Shown here one piece after another: positions 11,621-22,950 of a stretch of 36,256 nt of DNA. The position numbers were made by a program, and so were the translations under genes. The stretch's first letter is position 1; every line of letters begins with the position of its first letter. The notes beneath the pieces are model-generated. The model did not search any database, was not told the DNA's origin, and saw only the letters and a list, made by a program, of their open reading frames with translations. Source of the stretch: Trichomonas gallinae (lineage: Eukaryota); contig MRSU01011329.1 in NCBI GenBank assembly GCA_008369845.1, forward strand, positions 1-36,256, given 5' to 3'.

Positions 11621-14600
11621 TTATATGTCGATGCTGACTGAAATGAGAAGGAGTTTTCCTGTTTCTGTCATTGCGAGAACAACGTTTTCTTCTGTGTCTA
11701 TCTTGATGCTGACGATCTTGTTGTTTGTCGCGTAAACTCTTCTCTCTATGTCCAAATAGAAAGCTTCGAAGACGTAGAAGTGTCCAGTGTCATCGACCAT
11801 TGCGACGATATCGAATCCTGATGCCGTTGATTCGGCCGTCCATACAACGATGCTGAAATCAATCAGCTTCTTTGTAATAATGTCACCGTTTGGAGACAAA
11901 AGGTACAACATGTGCTGAAGGACTCCGTTGACAATTTTAGCTGCGTGAACGAGAACAAATCCCCAGCTTGGAGTAATTAAGACAGACATTGCGCGATTTC
12001 CTTCGAGATCTACAACCTTTGAAATGTGGCCACTGCCGATGTTAATGAAAAGCAAGCTCGTGTCTTTAGTTCCGCAGACAGCCATGTGGAATTTTTCACT
12101 GATGCACAGGCACCTGATGGCTGAAGTGAATGACGGAACTTTGAATGTTGGCTTCTCGAATGTCTTCCTGTAGAAGGAAATAACAGCTTCACTGTTGGCG
12201 ACTGCAATGTGCTTCTTGTCGAACACGCAGCAAACAATTCTGCTTCTTTGATGCATTGCTTTGTTGCACGCTCCGTTTGGCGATGCAACATAAAGCTCGT
12301 TCGATAGTTTTCCTGAAACTGCGAAACTTCCACCAGCAATTGGAACAGCGAAGTCGTGAGAACAGAGCTGGTTGAAGTGCTCTATCTTTGTTATGTCGTT
12401 TGTTATAGATTCCACAGTGACATCGATTGGCTCAGAGAATGTCTTGTCAACGTTTGAGCGTCTCTCTCCTCTCTTTACATGAGGCGATGATCCGATTGAG
12501 ATTTGGAAGTTGGAGCTCGACAAGTTTGACTTAGATCTGAGCTTGAGATTGGATCCATTAACGGCTTTGGCGACAGATGTTAAATCGAATGACCTCTCGC
12601 ATATTTTTCCTTCAGAACTCAACAACGCGATGTCGTAGTCTGTGCCGTTCTTAGTGATACTCGCGGAGATGACTTTGTCAATGAACATGTCAACCAAGCA
12701 GTTCTTAGCCAAAAGCGGTGTATTCAAAACGTGGGCGTATCTCTGTGGATGCGGTTTGGTGAAGATTTGCTGTGGCATCTGTCCGACATGCATCAAAATT
12801 GCTTCGATGCCTGCACGTCTTTCTGCGTCTTCCAAGTTGTTACTGTCATTCCAAATGCTCGAGTACATCTCTTCCATGTAAACGTTGTTGTGCTCTTCGC
12901 TTCTCTGGTTGACACCCCAGATCAAATCAATCCAATGGTTGAGGTGAGATGAAACATAGTCACTTTCCAGAGCCTTGCGCATAATATAGACAAAGTCATA
13001 AGGAGAATTGGCCCAAGCTGGAAGAGCGACGTCGTTGACTTTGGCGTCCATGAATGTGCCGAGATCGAAGTTGTTTGAGTTGATCAAGAATTCTGGAGTT
13101 GCGAAGAATTCAGGGATTAACTCTCTGAAGTCGTTTTGTGTCTTTGTTGCAAGATTCCATGCATTAGGAATTGAAGAGAACAAACGAGCTGGATTATCGA
13201 ACTTGCCGCCTTGTATATCTGTGTGAAGAGAAGTGAATGGCTCCATCCTAACGAGCCACAAATAAGTCGCGAGCGGGCAAATTGGTCCAGATGAATATAG
13301 ATAAGGCTTCATGCCCATCTGTTTGAATGAATCAAGTTTCTCGACCAAGCCTTCAAGTCTCGCTGGATCAACTGCACCGATTGGCTTTGTGAGATCTCTG
13401 TATGATGACGGATCAGCCAAATCGATAGCTGTTGACGAGTAATCAGCCAAAATCCACGGCATGATCGGATACTGTGAGCCACAATTGAATGTTCTTCCGC
13501 TATATATGTTGACAGACAGAAGATACTCGAAGTTCGAGATCTGCCTTGAAACCCACTTTTCTGTCAATTGGAGATATTCGAAGTACTCCTGGAATCCTGT
13601 CATTTGAAGATGCATGATGTTCGGCAGCCAGATTTCCTTGAAGTGCTTCAAAACAGTCAATGAGTCGACGTTTTCGAAATTGATGAAGTAGTTTTTGCCG
13701 TCAATCAAAACTAATTCGATAGCTGTTGGATGGTGGAGGTATGTCTTAAGTAAAACGTCTTGTATCATATCAAGGGAAATCATCTTTGTCTTATCTTTGA
13801 GAGAAATGACAACGGAATCCATAAGGATTGAGAATGTGCCACTTCTCTTTCTCTCTATTTCGATCAATTCGCAAGGAAGTTCGACCAAACATCTCTGATC
13901 GCCGATATTGATCGAGTCATTGGATTCATCATTTTCGTCAATGATGACATCTAGGAGAGAAGATGGCGCGTGAATCTGGTATTGCTTGGCTAGCTCGTTC
14001 TTGTATTCTTCGAGCTTCTTTTCTGCAGTGATTTCATCGCCAGTGTCTCTTACCAAGCTTTCGTGCTTGTGATCGTTGAACGATTTGTTCTTCTTCATCT
14101 TCAGTGGAATCAAGCCGCAGTAGCATGGATCTCTCTTGTAGTGAATCGTTGAGTGATTCAGTGGTAATGACTTAGCCCACGGAGCGTGATTGAATGTCAT
14201 GCATTGCCAGAGATGACTCCACAAATGGGCTGCATGAGTCTTAGCGCCATTGATTCCATCCTCGAAGTCTGCGATTTCATTTGCGGCGACAGAAGCCAAG
14301 CTCGATGCCTGTTCGAGGTTCTGGAAGTTTGTGTCTGAGTTCTTCTTGTTCATTTTCACTATATGGCTCATATATCTGATTGGTGCCAAAGCATAAGTCA
14401 AGTTATAACCTTTGGACAATTCTTCGTTGAATGTCGCGAGCTCTTGAGCTTGGGGCGGCTCGATTTGGTTCCTGACTTTCTTGACCATGAGAGAATTATC
14501 GAATTTGTCTGTCTTAAGTTCGCCTCCGAATTTAACATAATATGCTGCAATTGTTTCTGCTTCTGGTGTAATTTCGAGATTTAATTTCACGTACTTTTCG

Positions 14601-17600
14601 ATGTATTTCTCAGCAATATCCATATCTGCCCATTTACCGTCTTCTCCCCAAGTGATTCCGAACTGTATTGTGAAGTCGTGGCTGGAGCAGTCGATGATTT
14701 TCTTGTCGAGTTCACTAGGCATGATGATTGTCCTGACTTTCTTAGGAGACTGGTTCTTCCTTCTCCTGCTTTCTGGCCTAGAAGATGATGAATAACTAGA
14801 GACAGAGAGAGAAGAGATACGCCTGGCCTTTCCTGTGTCTTCTGACTGATCGTGGACAGGGAACAAATAGCTCAATGTGTTTTCGGCGGCCTCAGGATTA
14901 TAAGAGGACATGTTTCCGTAGTTTCTAGCGAGATTAGAAACATTCAATGAGTGTCTCTTGATATCTTTGTCTTTCTGTGTTTCCATGACTAACATGTTGA
15001 CGTTATCGAAAGGTAGAAGTGTTTCTGGGTCACCAGCATTCATAACAACTGGACTGTCGCCTTCACCATAAGGACTGTCTTTGAATAACTCATCGAGTCT
15101 TGACTTGTAAAGAGAACTGTCGTGATATAACATATAGAAACCGGCTAAATTAACGAAATCTTCATCATATGTAGGATTGTCAGCAGCCAACAACAAAATA
15201 TCATGCATCATCTTATTTCTGTCTTCTCTCAAGGATAAACCAATGACATTGGCAGCTGTCATAATGTTCGCCAAAACTAAATGGAAATTGCAATCCAATA
15301 GATACTTGATCATATCATGTCTCGATGATTCTTCCTGGCATTTGTAGGCGGATATCATAGGCCAAACGGCCCATTGCTCATTCATAACTAAAGCTCTTGA
15401 TGGTTTTAATATTGTTGGCAAGATGATTGGTCTTCCGTTGTTTAATGTCATCCATGCCAAAAGCGGCAATAACTCTGGATTGTTTTCGTTCAATATTCCT
15501 ATGAATCTGTCGACTAATGACGTTCTGCTGAAATATGAGCCAACCTGGTGGAGCATAATATCGACTTGGTCCTTCATTGTTATAGGTTTCATCCTGTCTC
15601 TCCTGAATGCGTGGACGATGCATGACAATGTGGCAACGACAATATCATCACTTTTGAGGTTGAACAAATAAACCAAAAGTGAGATGTATTTACCTGGTTC
15701 TTCTATTTTATCCATAACTTTAGGATCAGAAATCAAGAACTGCAGGAAAGCGATTAAATCCTGGCATTGGTTGAATTCACCGCATGTTAATATTTGACTA
15801 ACCAAAGACCTAAGATTGTTTTCGTCGAAATTTGATTGCGCGATTTGTTTGAGGATTTCGAATAAGTATTTTCTGCATTCTGTGATATTTAGTTCTTCAT
15901 CTCTGCATCTTTCTGTATGAAGATGAAGCATAGAGTCTTCTTTCGAATACCAGTACCACGTGATGAGCATTGAAAGCCAATGACCGAAACTTAATAATTT
16001 AACAGTGTCGTTGTAATAATTCTTCATTACGACTCTCGACCAATGCTTAACTATCATAAGATGGTCATTTGCTGTTGTTCTCATCCAAATATCGATATTA
16101 AATATAATATGAGACAAAATGTTTTGAATTGCATCTCTGTCTTCCATGACAGTCAGCATTGTGTACATTCCTGAGTATAATCTTAAGTCAATATTCTTTG
16201 TATCAGATGATATAATTAAATGACTTAAAATCTTGAAACCACCAACCTCAGCGAATTGTTTCTGTGAGTCTGCTGATAGTTTCAAGCAGTTTATCAAAAT
16301 ATCTATTGTCTGGTCTCTTATATTATTCGGATTTCCTGATGCCATCAGCAAATCCCATTGTGCGAATAATGGCAGCAGCATTTCTATGCCGCATTTATCA
16401 GCCAAGACATCAGCGAATGATGTGAATGGCGAACATTCGATTTTTCCTTGTTCAACATAATTATTTGATTTGATATAAATGGATCCATCTGTCTCCCATG
16501 GTTGCATGTATACTACACATTCCTTGCAATCAAATGTTCCTCTTAGAGATGTTTCCATTAATTTCTTGATATCGACTTTTTCAGTGAAAATGCCAAAGTT
16601 TCCTATTAGCGCGTAATATTCTGGGTTTCCACCACCTCCTATAACTATTTCTGTCTGATCCTCTGATAATGGAATTAAAGCTGTCTTATATTCAATGACA
16701 TCTTTGTTGTTGCACTTGACATTGAATGTAGAGGAATCTTTGTCTTGAGTTACATTGATTGAAATCATGTTCCACAGTTTCTGATCGATTGTCAATTTAA
16801 TTTCTTTGTCATTTATCATCATTGCTGAGTTATTGATCGAAATATTGAGCTTGCTGAATGTTGCTATGTTGGAATATTCCTTTATATCGTTCAAAGGACT
16901 GTAAATCCAAAATGCAATAACAAAATTCTTCGGAATTATAGCGTAAGTCTTGAAATAACCATTGGGGACGAGCGGTAGAGCATCCATTACCCTAGTTAAT
17001 CCATCCATAATCATCTTATTTAATACTTTCATGATCAAATTTTGTGTCTGAGGGATTGTGCGGCCATCTATTGGGCAAAGCAGGGAGATAAACTGCCTTG
17101 CTTCATTAACAGAGCATGAAACAGTGACAATTAGCATCATTAATGACATACAAGATGCATAAAGTCTTGAATTTACGTTTTCGTCGTTTCTCCATTCTCC
17201 CATTAACTCGATTAAGAACTCACTGAGTCCTCCCGTTGCTGCAGCGGCGCAGTTTACTGCTGAATATTCACATAATTTTGCAATGAACTCGAAAACTGTC
17301 AAAAGGAGCTGCGTGTCCTTGAAAACACCGACAATAAGCTTGAAAATCTTTGGGTGGCGAACAATAAAAGTTGGTTGAGCAGATTCAAGTGGTTGACCCG
17401 CCAAAAGTTGGACCAATCTAACAAATAAGTCTTGCGTTGGCTCATCGAAGAGATTGCTGATTGATTCTTCTACGGCAGCGAGTGTCGCTGGCGTGAAATT
17501 TTCTTCTGTTGATGATTTAATTAAGAAATCTAAGGCTTCCAGGAAGAAATCCGTGCTCTCTGGTGATTTAGGAAGCAATAAAAATCCGCTTGCAAGCTCA

Positions 17601-19444
17601 GGAACTAATTCTGGAATTGCAACATTCATATGATTGGCCAATTTAATGAATTTCAAAGCGATTGGCATATAATTCTCTACATTAAGAGCACCGAAAATAG
17701 TACTGAAGACGCTGACGAGCTTAGACTTGAAATAAGGCAATTCATCTGGGAATTTCTTTGATTTGAAAGAAATCTTGATTTTGCCAAGGACATAATCATC
17801 GACCTTTGGCTCATAAAGCAGTAACAAGAATGGCTCAGCGAAATTCTCGTTTTCGAAAAAGGCATAAATTTGATTTTCCTTCTTAAAGAAGGTTTCAAGC
17901 ATAATGAATAATGACATACGCGCAGACACAATGTATTTCTTCTGTTCTTCAGTCAAATCTGGATATGTTTGGTAGTAATAAGTAAGATACATAATATCTG
18001 AACTAAATTCATCGACAATTGTAACATTAAAGTTAAGTTTTGGCACCAAAACCATGATTCTATATATAATTTCTTCCTCTAATTGAGGGAAATTTCTGTA
18101 TTTTTCGATAATTTCGCGAATATTTTTAATTCCACGTGTCATTATCATTTCTATTGATATATTTCTAATAACATTGAGTGCGAGAAGCGGGCAGTTAGAT
18201 GTGCTAATGATTATCTGTGGATTCCATATCTTTTTGCTTTCCATTGGTTCTAGTGGCATTATAAAGTCCTTCATTGACTGAACCTTTCTGAAGAGGAACA
18301 GGAAGACTGCGTAAAGTTCGATCCAATTTTCTTCCTGTTCTATTGATTGAATGACTTGCGGCATTGAATTCATAATCATCTCGCGAACCATTGGCGATGC
18401 CTTGCATAGTTTAATCACGCAGTCCATATGTGTAGATATTTCCTTGGGAATGAACTCTGAAATGGTCTTGGAAGCCGGAAATGAAAATGGAGAAGTAAAT
18501 CCTTTAAGAACAGGTAGAAGTGGATCGCGAATTATATCTGGGATGAGTTCGAACGTATGTTCTTTTGTTAATTCGATAATTTTATCAACATTTGTCTGAT
18601 AATTAATAAATTTTCCTTGTTTTTGCGTTAATTTAATAATTCCGAGTAACAAGTGCGTTATAGACGAGAGAATAATTGTAGGCGTAAACTCAAGAGCCGA
18701 ATTACACCAAACTTCAACAACATCTTTTTGAAAATTATCGAGCAATTCATTTATAGGCCCCGTTGCCTCCATAAATACATCGTCCGCAAATTCTTTTCGT
18801 TGTGCTTTGAGTTTGATTATCGATGTTATATATGCAATTGAAGTTTCTGAATTGTGATATTCAGTCAATTTATCAAATGACCTCGGAACAAGCGTGTACA
18901 TAAATGCTGGAGGCTCGCTTGATGTAAGAAATTGCGATAATATTGTGTTCAATTCTTGTAATATATCATTACTTAAATCAGAGCACGAAAGTGTAAAGAG
19001 AAATATATTGAAAAATGCGCAACAATTGATGAATTGCAATGATTCCAAAGCAGCTCGTTGTAAAAACATATTCAAGAAAATTAGCGAAAATTCCGAATTG
19101 TTGCTATCTCCAAATATCTGCAACCATGATACTAACGAATAATAAACAATATGTGCGTGAAGTTTCGGTATCATTGTTACGAATTCAGGATGACTTAATA
19201 AATATTTAAGCAATTCCGGCCTAAACGGGAACATAAAGCCTGATTCGAATAATACCGATGAAAGAGACTCATTCGTTTCTATTTTGTCCTTAATTATTTG
19301 GGTTTTGTCGGGTGTCAGATGAGGAAAAATAATTGAATCTAAAGTTTCTTTCAGTGTTGGGTCGTTTAAGTTAGTCTCCCTCTCTATACCTGACAACTCC
19401 AAGAGTATTCTCCCGCAAAGTTGTCGCTTGTTCAGGATTTTCAT
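11621..19444 (-). CDS. Beige/BEACH domain protein (PH-BEACH-WD40 C-terminus)
   Basis: ISNFEYL, QYPIMPWIL, RDLTKPIGA, FDNPARLF, FRELIPEFF, WIDLIWG motifs followed by WD40-like repeats. Confidence 0.95.
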   Translation of the reverse strand: MKILNKRQLCGRILLELSGIERETNLNDPTLKETLDSIIFPHLTPDKTQIIKDKIETNESLSSVLFESGFMFPFRPELLKYLLSHPEFVTMIPKLHAHIVYYSLVSWLQIFGDSNNSEFSLIFLNMFLQRAALESLQFINCCAFFNIFLFTLSCSDLSNDILQELNTILSQFLTSSEPPAFMYTLVPRSFDKLTEYHNSETSIAYITSIIKLKAQRKEFADDVFMEATGPINELLDNFQKDVVEVWCNSALEFTPTIILSSITHLLLGIIKLTQKQGKFINYQTNVDKIIELTKEHTFELIPDIIRDPLLPVLKGFTSPFSFPASKTISEFIPKEISTHMDCVIKLCKASPMVREMIMNSMPQVIQSIEQEENWIELYAVFLFLFRKVQSMKDFIMPLEPMESKKIWNPQIIISTSNCPLLALNVIRNISIEMIMTRGIKNIREIIEKYRNFPQLEEEIIYRIMVLVPKLNFNVTIVDEFSSDIMYLTYYYQTYPDLTEEQKKYIVSARMSLFIMLETFFKKENQIYAFFENENFAEPFLLLLYEPKVDDYVLGKIKISFKSKKFPDELPYFKSKLVSVFSTIFGALNVENYMPIALKFIKLANHMNVAIPELVPELASGFLLLPKSPESTDFFLEALDFLIKSSTEENFTPATLAAVEESISNLFDEPTQDLFVRLVQLLAGQPLESAQPTFIVRHPKIFKLIVGVFKDTQLLLTVFEFIAKLCEYSAVNCAAAATGGLSEFLIELMGEWRNDENVNSRLYASCMSLMMLIVTVSCSVNEARQFISLLCPIDGRTIPQTQNLIMKVLNKMIMDGLTRVMDALPLVPNGYFKTYAIIPKNFVIAFWIYSPLNDIKEYSNIATFSKLNISINNSAMMINDKEIKLTIDQKLWNMISINVTQDKDSSTFNVKCNNKDVIEYKTALIPLSEDQTEIVIGGGGNPEYYALIGNFGIFTEKVDIKKLMETSLRGTFDCKECVVYMQPWETDGSIYIKSNNYVEQGKIECSPFTSFADVLADKCGIEMLLPLFAQWDLLMASGNPNNIRDQTIDILINCLKLSADSQKQFAEVGGFKILSHLIISSDTKNIDLRLYSGMYTMLTVMEDRDAIQNILSHIIFNIDIWMRTTANDHLMIVKHWSRVVMKNYYNDTVKLLSFGHWLSMLITWYWYSKEDSMLHLHTERCRDEELNITECRKYLFEILKQIAQSNFDENNLRSLVSQILTCGEFNQCQDLIAFLQFLISDPKVMDKIEEPGKYISLLVYLFNLKSDDIVVATLSCIVHAFRRDRMKPITMKDQVDIMLHQVGSYFSRTSLVDRFIGILNENNPELLPLLAWMTLNNGRPIILPTILKPSRALVMNEQWAVWPMISAYKCQEESSRHDMIKYLLDCNFHLVLANIMTAANVIGLSLREDRNKMMHDILLLAADNPTYDEDFVNLAGFYMLYHDSSLYKSRLDELFKDSPYGEGDSPVVMNAGDPETLLPFDNVNMLVMETQKDKDIKRHSLNVSNLARNYGNMSSYNPEAAENTLSYLFPVHDQSEDTGKARRISSLSVSSYSSSSRPESRRRKNQSPKKVRTIIMPSELDKKIIDCSSHDFTIQFGITWGEDGKWADMDIAEKYIEKYVKLNLEITPEAETIAAYYVKFGGELKTDKFDNSLMVKKVRNQIEPPQAQELATFNEELSKGYNLTYALAPIRYMSHIVKMNKKNSDTNFQNLEQASSLASVAANEIADFEDGINGAKTHAAHLWSHLWQCMTFNHAPWAKSLPLNHSTIHYKRDPCYCGLIPLKMKKNKSFNDHKHESLVRDTGDEITAEKKLEEYKNELAKQYQIHAPSSLLDVIIDENDESNDSINIGDQRCLVELPCELIEIERKRSGTFSILMDSVVISLKDKTKMISLDMIQDVLLKTYLHHPTAIELVLIDGKNYFINFENVDSLTVLKHFKEIWLPNIMHLQMTGFQEYFEYLQLTEKWVSRQISNFEYLLSVNIYSGRTFNCGSQYPIMPWILADYSSTAIDLADPSSYRDLTKPIGAVDPARLEGLVEKLDSFKQMGMKPYLYSSGPICPLATYLWLVRMEPFTSLHTDIQGGKFDNPARLFSSIPNAWNLATKTQNDFRELIPEFFATPEFLINSNNFDLGTFMDAKVNDVALPAWANSPYDFVYIMRKALESDYVSSHLNHWIDLIWGVNQRSEEHNNVYMEEMYSSIWNDSNNLEDAERRAGIEAILMHVGQMPQQIFTKPHPQRYAHVLNTPLLAKNCLVDMFIDKVISASITKNGTDYDIALLSSEGKICERSFDLTSVAKAVNGSNLKLRSKSNLSSSNFQISIGSSPHVKRGERRSNVDKTFSEPIDVTVESITNDITKIEHFNQLCSHDFAVPIAGGSFAVSGKLSNELYVASPNGACNKAMHQRSRIVCCVFDKKHIAVANSEAVISFYRKTFEKPTFKVPSFTSAIRCLCISEKFHMAVCGTKDTSLLFINIGSGHISKVVDLEGNRAMSVLITPSWGFVLVHAAKIVNGVLQHMLYLLSPNGDIITKKLIDFSIVVWTAESTASGFDIVAMVDDTGHFYVFEAFYLDIERRVYATNNKIVSIKIDTEENVVLAMTETGKLLLISVSIDI

Positions 19445-20188
19445 GGAAATTTAGGGGAAACTTTTCGATAAAAAAATAAAAAACAACGACGATTATTTTC
19501 GATTCAATTCCATTGTGAACCTTATTTCTGCCATCAAGATTTAGCCATAAAACTGCGTTAATAGGCAGGTAATTGGGCAACGTATCCGCAAACACAATAA
19601 AACAACAAAGGTTGGAGTATAATATATCAAAATCTGTCATGTAAAAACCGAGAAATCCGAATATTTACGTTGTAAAGATAAATATTTCACAATTAAGGCA
19701 TTCTATCACCATTCAATCATTTTTTACACTATATAGATACTTGTTATATAAATAAAATATATAAAAAACAACTATTTTATATCCAAAAAATCGATTTTTT
19801 ATCGAAGACATATTAAAGGTAATATTAACCTTATTTCCCCATCAATCTTGCTTTCATAAAAAATCTCCATTATTATAGCAATAGTAATAATTTTTATATT
19901 AACCAATACTGTAAGAAATATAACATTAAATAATACAATTCTTTATTACCAAAAACCTATGTTTGGATTAAAAATTGAAGATAAATATAAGGTTGAAAAA
20001 ATGATAAAATTTCTGACATGTAAACTAATATTTGTCAGAAAAATATGGATTTTGTTGGATCCGAGATATGTTCAGTATTTATGGTAAATAAAATAAAAAC
20101 ATCAAAAAAGAAAAAATCATTATAAAAAATCTCGGCAAAAAATAAAAAAAAAAAAAAATAAACCAAATAAAAAACTGACAATTAAGAA

Positions 20189-20815
20189 ATGCGTCAAACT
20201 AAATCATCTACACGCGCAGAAAAAATTGTTTTGCTTGGCGCTCAGTCCTCCGGCAAGACATCAATCGTCACACGCCTCAACAACAACACATTTAATCCAA
20301 GTGGAAGCTCTACAATCGGCGCAGCTTTCACGACTAAATTAATGATGGTCGACGACGTGCAAGTTAAGCTCGAAATCTGGGATACAGCAGGCTCAGAGAA
20401 GTACAAGTCTCTTATTCCGATGTATTACAGAGATGCTCGCGCTTGCATCATTGTTTTAGATGTAACACGCGAAGAAACAATCCCCGCCGCTGTCGAATGG
20501 CTCAATGAGCTTCGTGACCACAGACAGGATGATTGCATCATCATTTGCGCTGCTAACAAGGTCGATTTGACATCACAGAGAGTTGTTACACAAGAACAGA
20601 TTACCGACTTCGTCTTCTCCAACCAGGTTGCTGCATGGAAGGAGACATCAGCTTTATCTGGCGTTGGTATTCAGGAACTCTTCAATGAAACAGTCAAACA
20701 GTTATTGAAACTTCCTGCTGTCGAAACACAGGAAGATGCCGAACTCAAAGGATTAGTTGGAGACTTAAGCACACCAGCACCAAGCTCTACAGGCTCTTCA
20801 AGCTCGTGCTGTTAA
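20189..20815 (+). CDS. Rab-family small GTPase (Rab5/21/22-like effector region)
   Basis: GAQSSGKT, STIGAAF, WDTAGSE, YYRDA, NKVD, ETSA and a C-terminal CC prenylation motif. Confidence 0.95.
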   Translation: MRQTKSSTRAEKIVLLGAQSSGKTSIVTRLNNNTFNPSGSSTIGAAFTTKLMMVDDVQVKLEIWDTAGSEKYKSLIPMYYRDARACIIVLDVTREETIPAAVEWLNELRDHRQDDCIIICAANKVDLTSQRVVTQEQITDFVFSNQVAAWKETSALSGVGIQELFNETVKQLLKLPAVETQEDAELKGLVGDLSTPAPSSTGSSSSCC

Positions 20816-21106
20816 ATATTTCAAAAATATTATTATTTGAATTCTCTTTACTTCTATCCGCATTTACATGCATTTCTTAATAAAGAAATACCCATTTTAT
20901 TACTATACTGCTACGCAAAAACTTTCACTCTCTAAATGATCGGAAATTTTATTCCTTTACATTGTCAAATGGCTTCGTTATTATGAATATTGTTACATGC
21001 TCTAACAGAAAATAAAGATTTTAAATTTTTACTCGGCATAACCTTAAATATATATTTGACATATAAAACATTCTTTTGACAAGTAAAATATTGTTATGTC
21101 ACGTAA

Positions 21107-22717
21107 ACTACTAGAAATATATTTGAAGGCAAATTCGTTTTGCCTACAAATATTCAAAATACATGGAGTCTGGATTTCACAAGTGATAACGCATACTATG
21201 TTTCTACAACTGCATACCCTAATTTTTTCCATTCCAAAGGTTCTGCATTTTTAAAACTCAGAGTTGACGGATCAGAATACGCTTTAGTCAAAGCTGACCA
21301 AGGAGAGAAAGTATTTAATGACATCTATCTTAAAGTTAACTATGAATTACTTAATAATTGTGATTATATAATAATAAAATATTATTTAGAGAATAGAGGA
21401 TCAAAACAGCATAAAGTAAGTATAGGAACATGGGCTGACTTAAGAATAAACGGGGCAGATGGAGCTCCACAAGAATGTTTATCAGGTAAAGGAATAAAAT
21501 CTTTTTACAATGGAGTCGTCGTGAATATTTTTGTTAGAAATTCTTATAAAGTAACAGATGCTGATTTTTTTAATTACGGAAATATAAACGATGTAGCATG
21601 GACCAACCGATCAAACTGCGGTGTTGATACCGCGGATACCGAGTATTCATGCGGTTGGCTCGATAGAAAAATGGAGCCAGGAGCGAAATTAGAGTTTACG
21701 CATGCAATTGGAATGGGAGAATATATAGAAGGATACACATTTGACACACCATCCCTATCGAAAACATACTATAGCCCAGGTACTCAAATAAAAGTTAATC
21801 TAAACGTTAAATCCCTTCAAGCTGGAGAGAAAGCTACAATATATCAAAAGATCAATTCTTCAATTGCCAAAATTGTTCACACACATGATGACGATGGCAC
21901 TGATTTCACATTTATCGATACAATTCAGTTGCCACAGCAGTCAGGCAGATACAGCATTAACTATACTATCTCAACGCGTGCAGGGGCCACAACAGAGAAA
22001 ATATATACGATTTTGGTTAACAAGATTCCTTTATTACAGATGCTTGGTGAGCTAAAGCCAAAATATTTCTCAAAGGAAAGCTGCGCTATTGAATTCGATG
22101 TAGTTGATGACTCAGAATATGTAAATATCACAATGACTGATGAAACTAATGAGCTTATTGCTTCCAAATTAGTCTACACAAACGGAAATCACAATAAATC
22201 ATTTCTTAATTTTACGATGCCTGATTATGTTGTTGGATCTTTTCATTATATCAAAATCGCTGCGTACGACGAATACAATTTTAGATCTCAGCAGTTCGAG
22301 TATGGAATAGAGGTAGATGACAACCATTCGCCAGATATAGAGCTAGCTTATCAAATTCCAACATTTTACAAATTAATTTCTAGGATGGAAGCAGTAATTA
22401 GACTGAGAGACTACGATGGACCGTCAGAATGCTGCTTTTATACATCAGTTAACAGTTTAGAAACAAAAGAAAATCAATGCTTCAAGAATATAACAAGTGA
22501 TTGGAAAGATTTTAGAATTTTTGTGCAAATCCCAAATCTAGATGGTGGAATACACTACGTAAAGTTTTTCGCTATAGATGAATGGCAAGGACAATCAAAC
22601 AAACTAATACATTATTTTGGAATAGTCAAAAATATTGTATGCGGACAAACATGTGCTGCAAAAGTTGCTAGCATGAAGGCTAGTTATTTCTATGCAATTG
22701 TTTATATTCCTTCATAA
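21107..22717 (+). pseudogene. Beta-rich putative secreted/surface protein (Bap-like trichomonad family) with a disrupted or unusual 5' end
   Basis: Open frame runs from 21107 (after TAA 21104-21106) to 22717, but the first in-frame ATG is at 21671. An Inr-preceded ATG at 20936 is in the same frame but separated by three stops. Ig-like repeats and a hydrophobic C-terminus are present. Confidence 0.55.
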
Positions 22718-22950
22718 AAAATAGAAAATTGTATTTTTGAAAACTAGATTTCATTACATGTGATATAGAAAATTCGATTTATTGCTTCAGTTTTATTAAT
22801 ACTACTCATATAAAAATTTGTTATTGTAAAATTAAAAAATTTTGTTTTTGAATATATAAAAAATTGTGGCGTGATCAATAAAACAATATCAAAATTTTTA
22901 AATAATAATGGGATGAACATACAACATATACAAAAAATAAATATAAAATA

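Noticed and set aside
12010..19142. Numerous short ORFs overlapping the BEACH gene
   Set aside because: Antisense or alternate-frame shadows of a long coding region.
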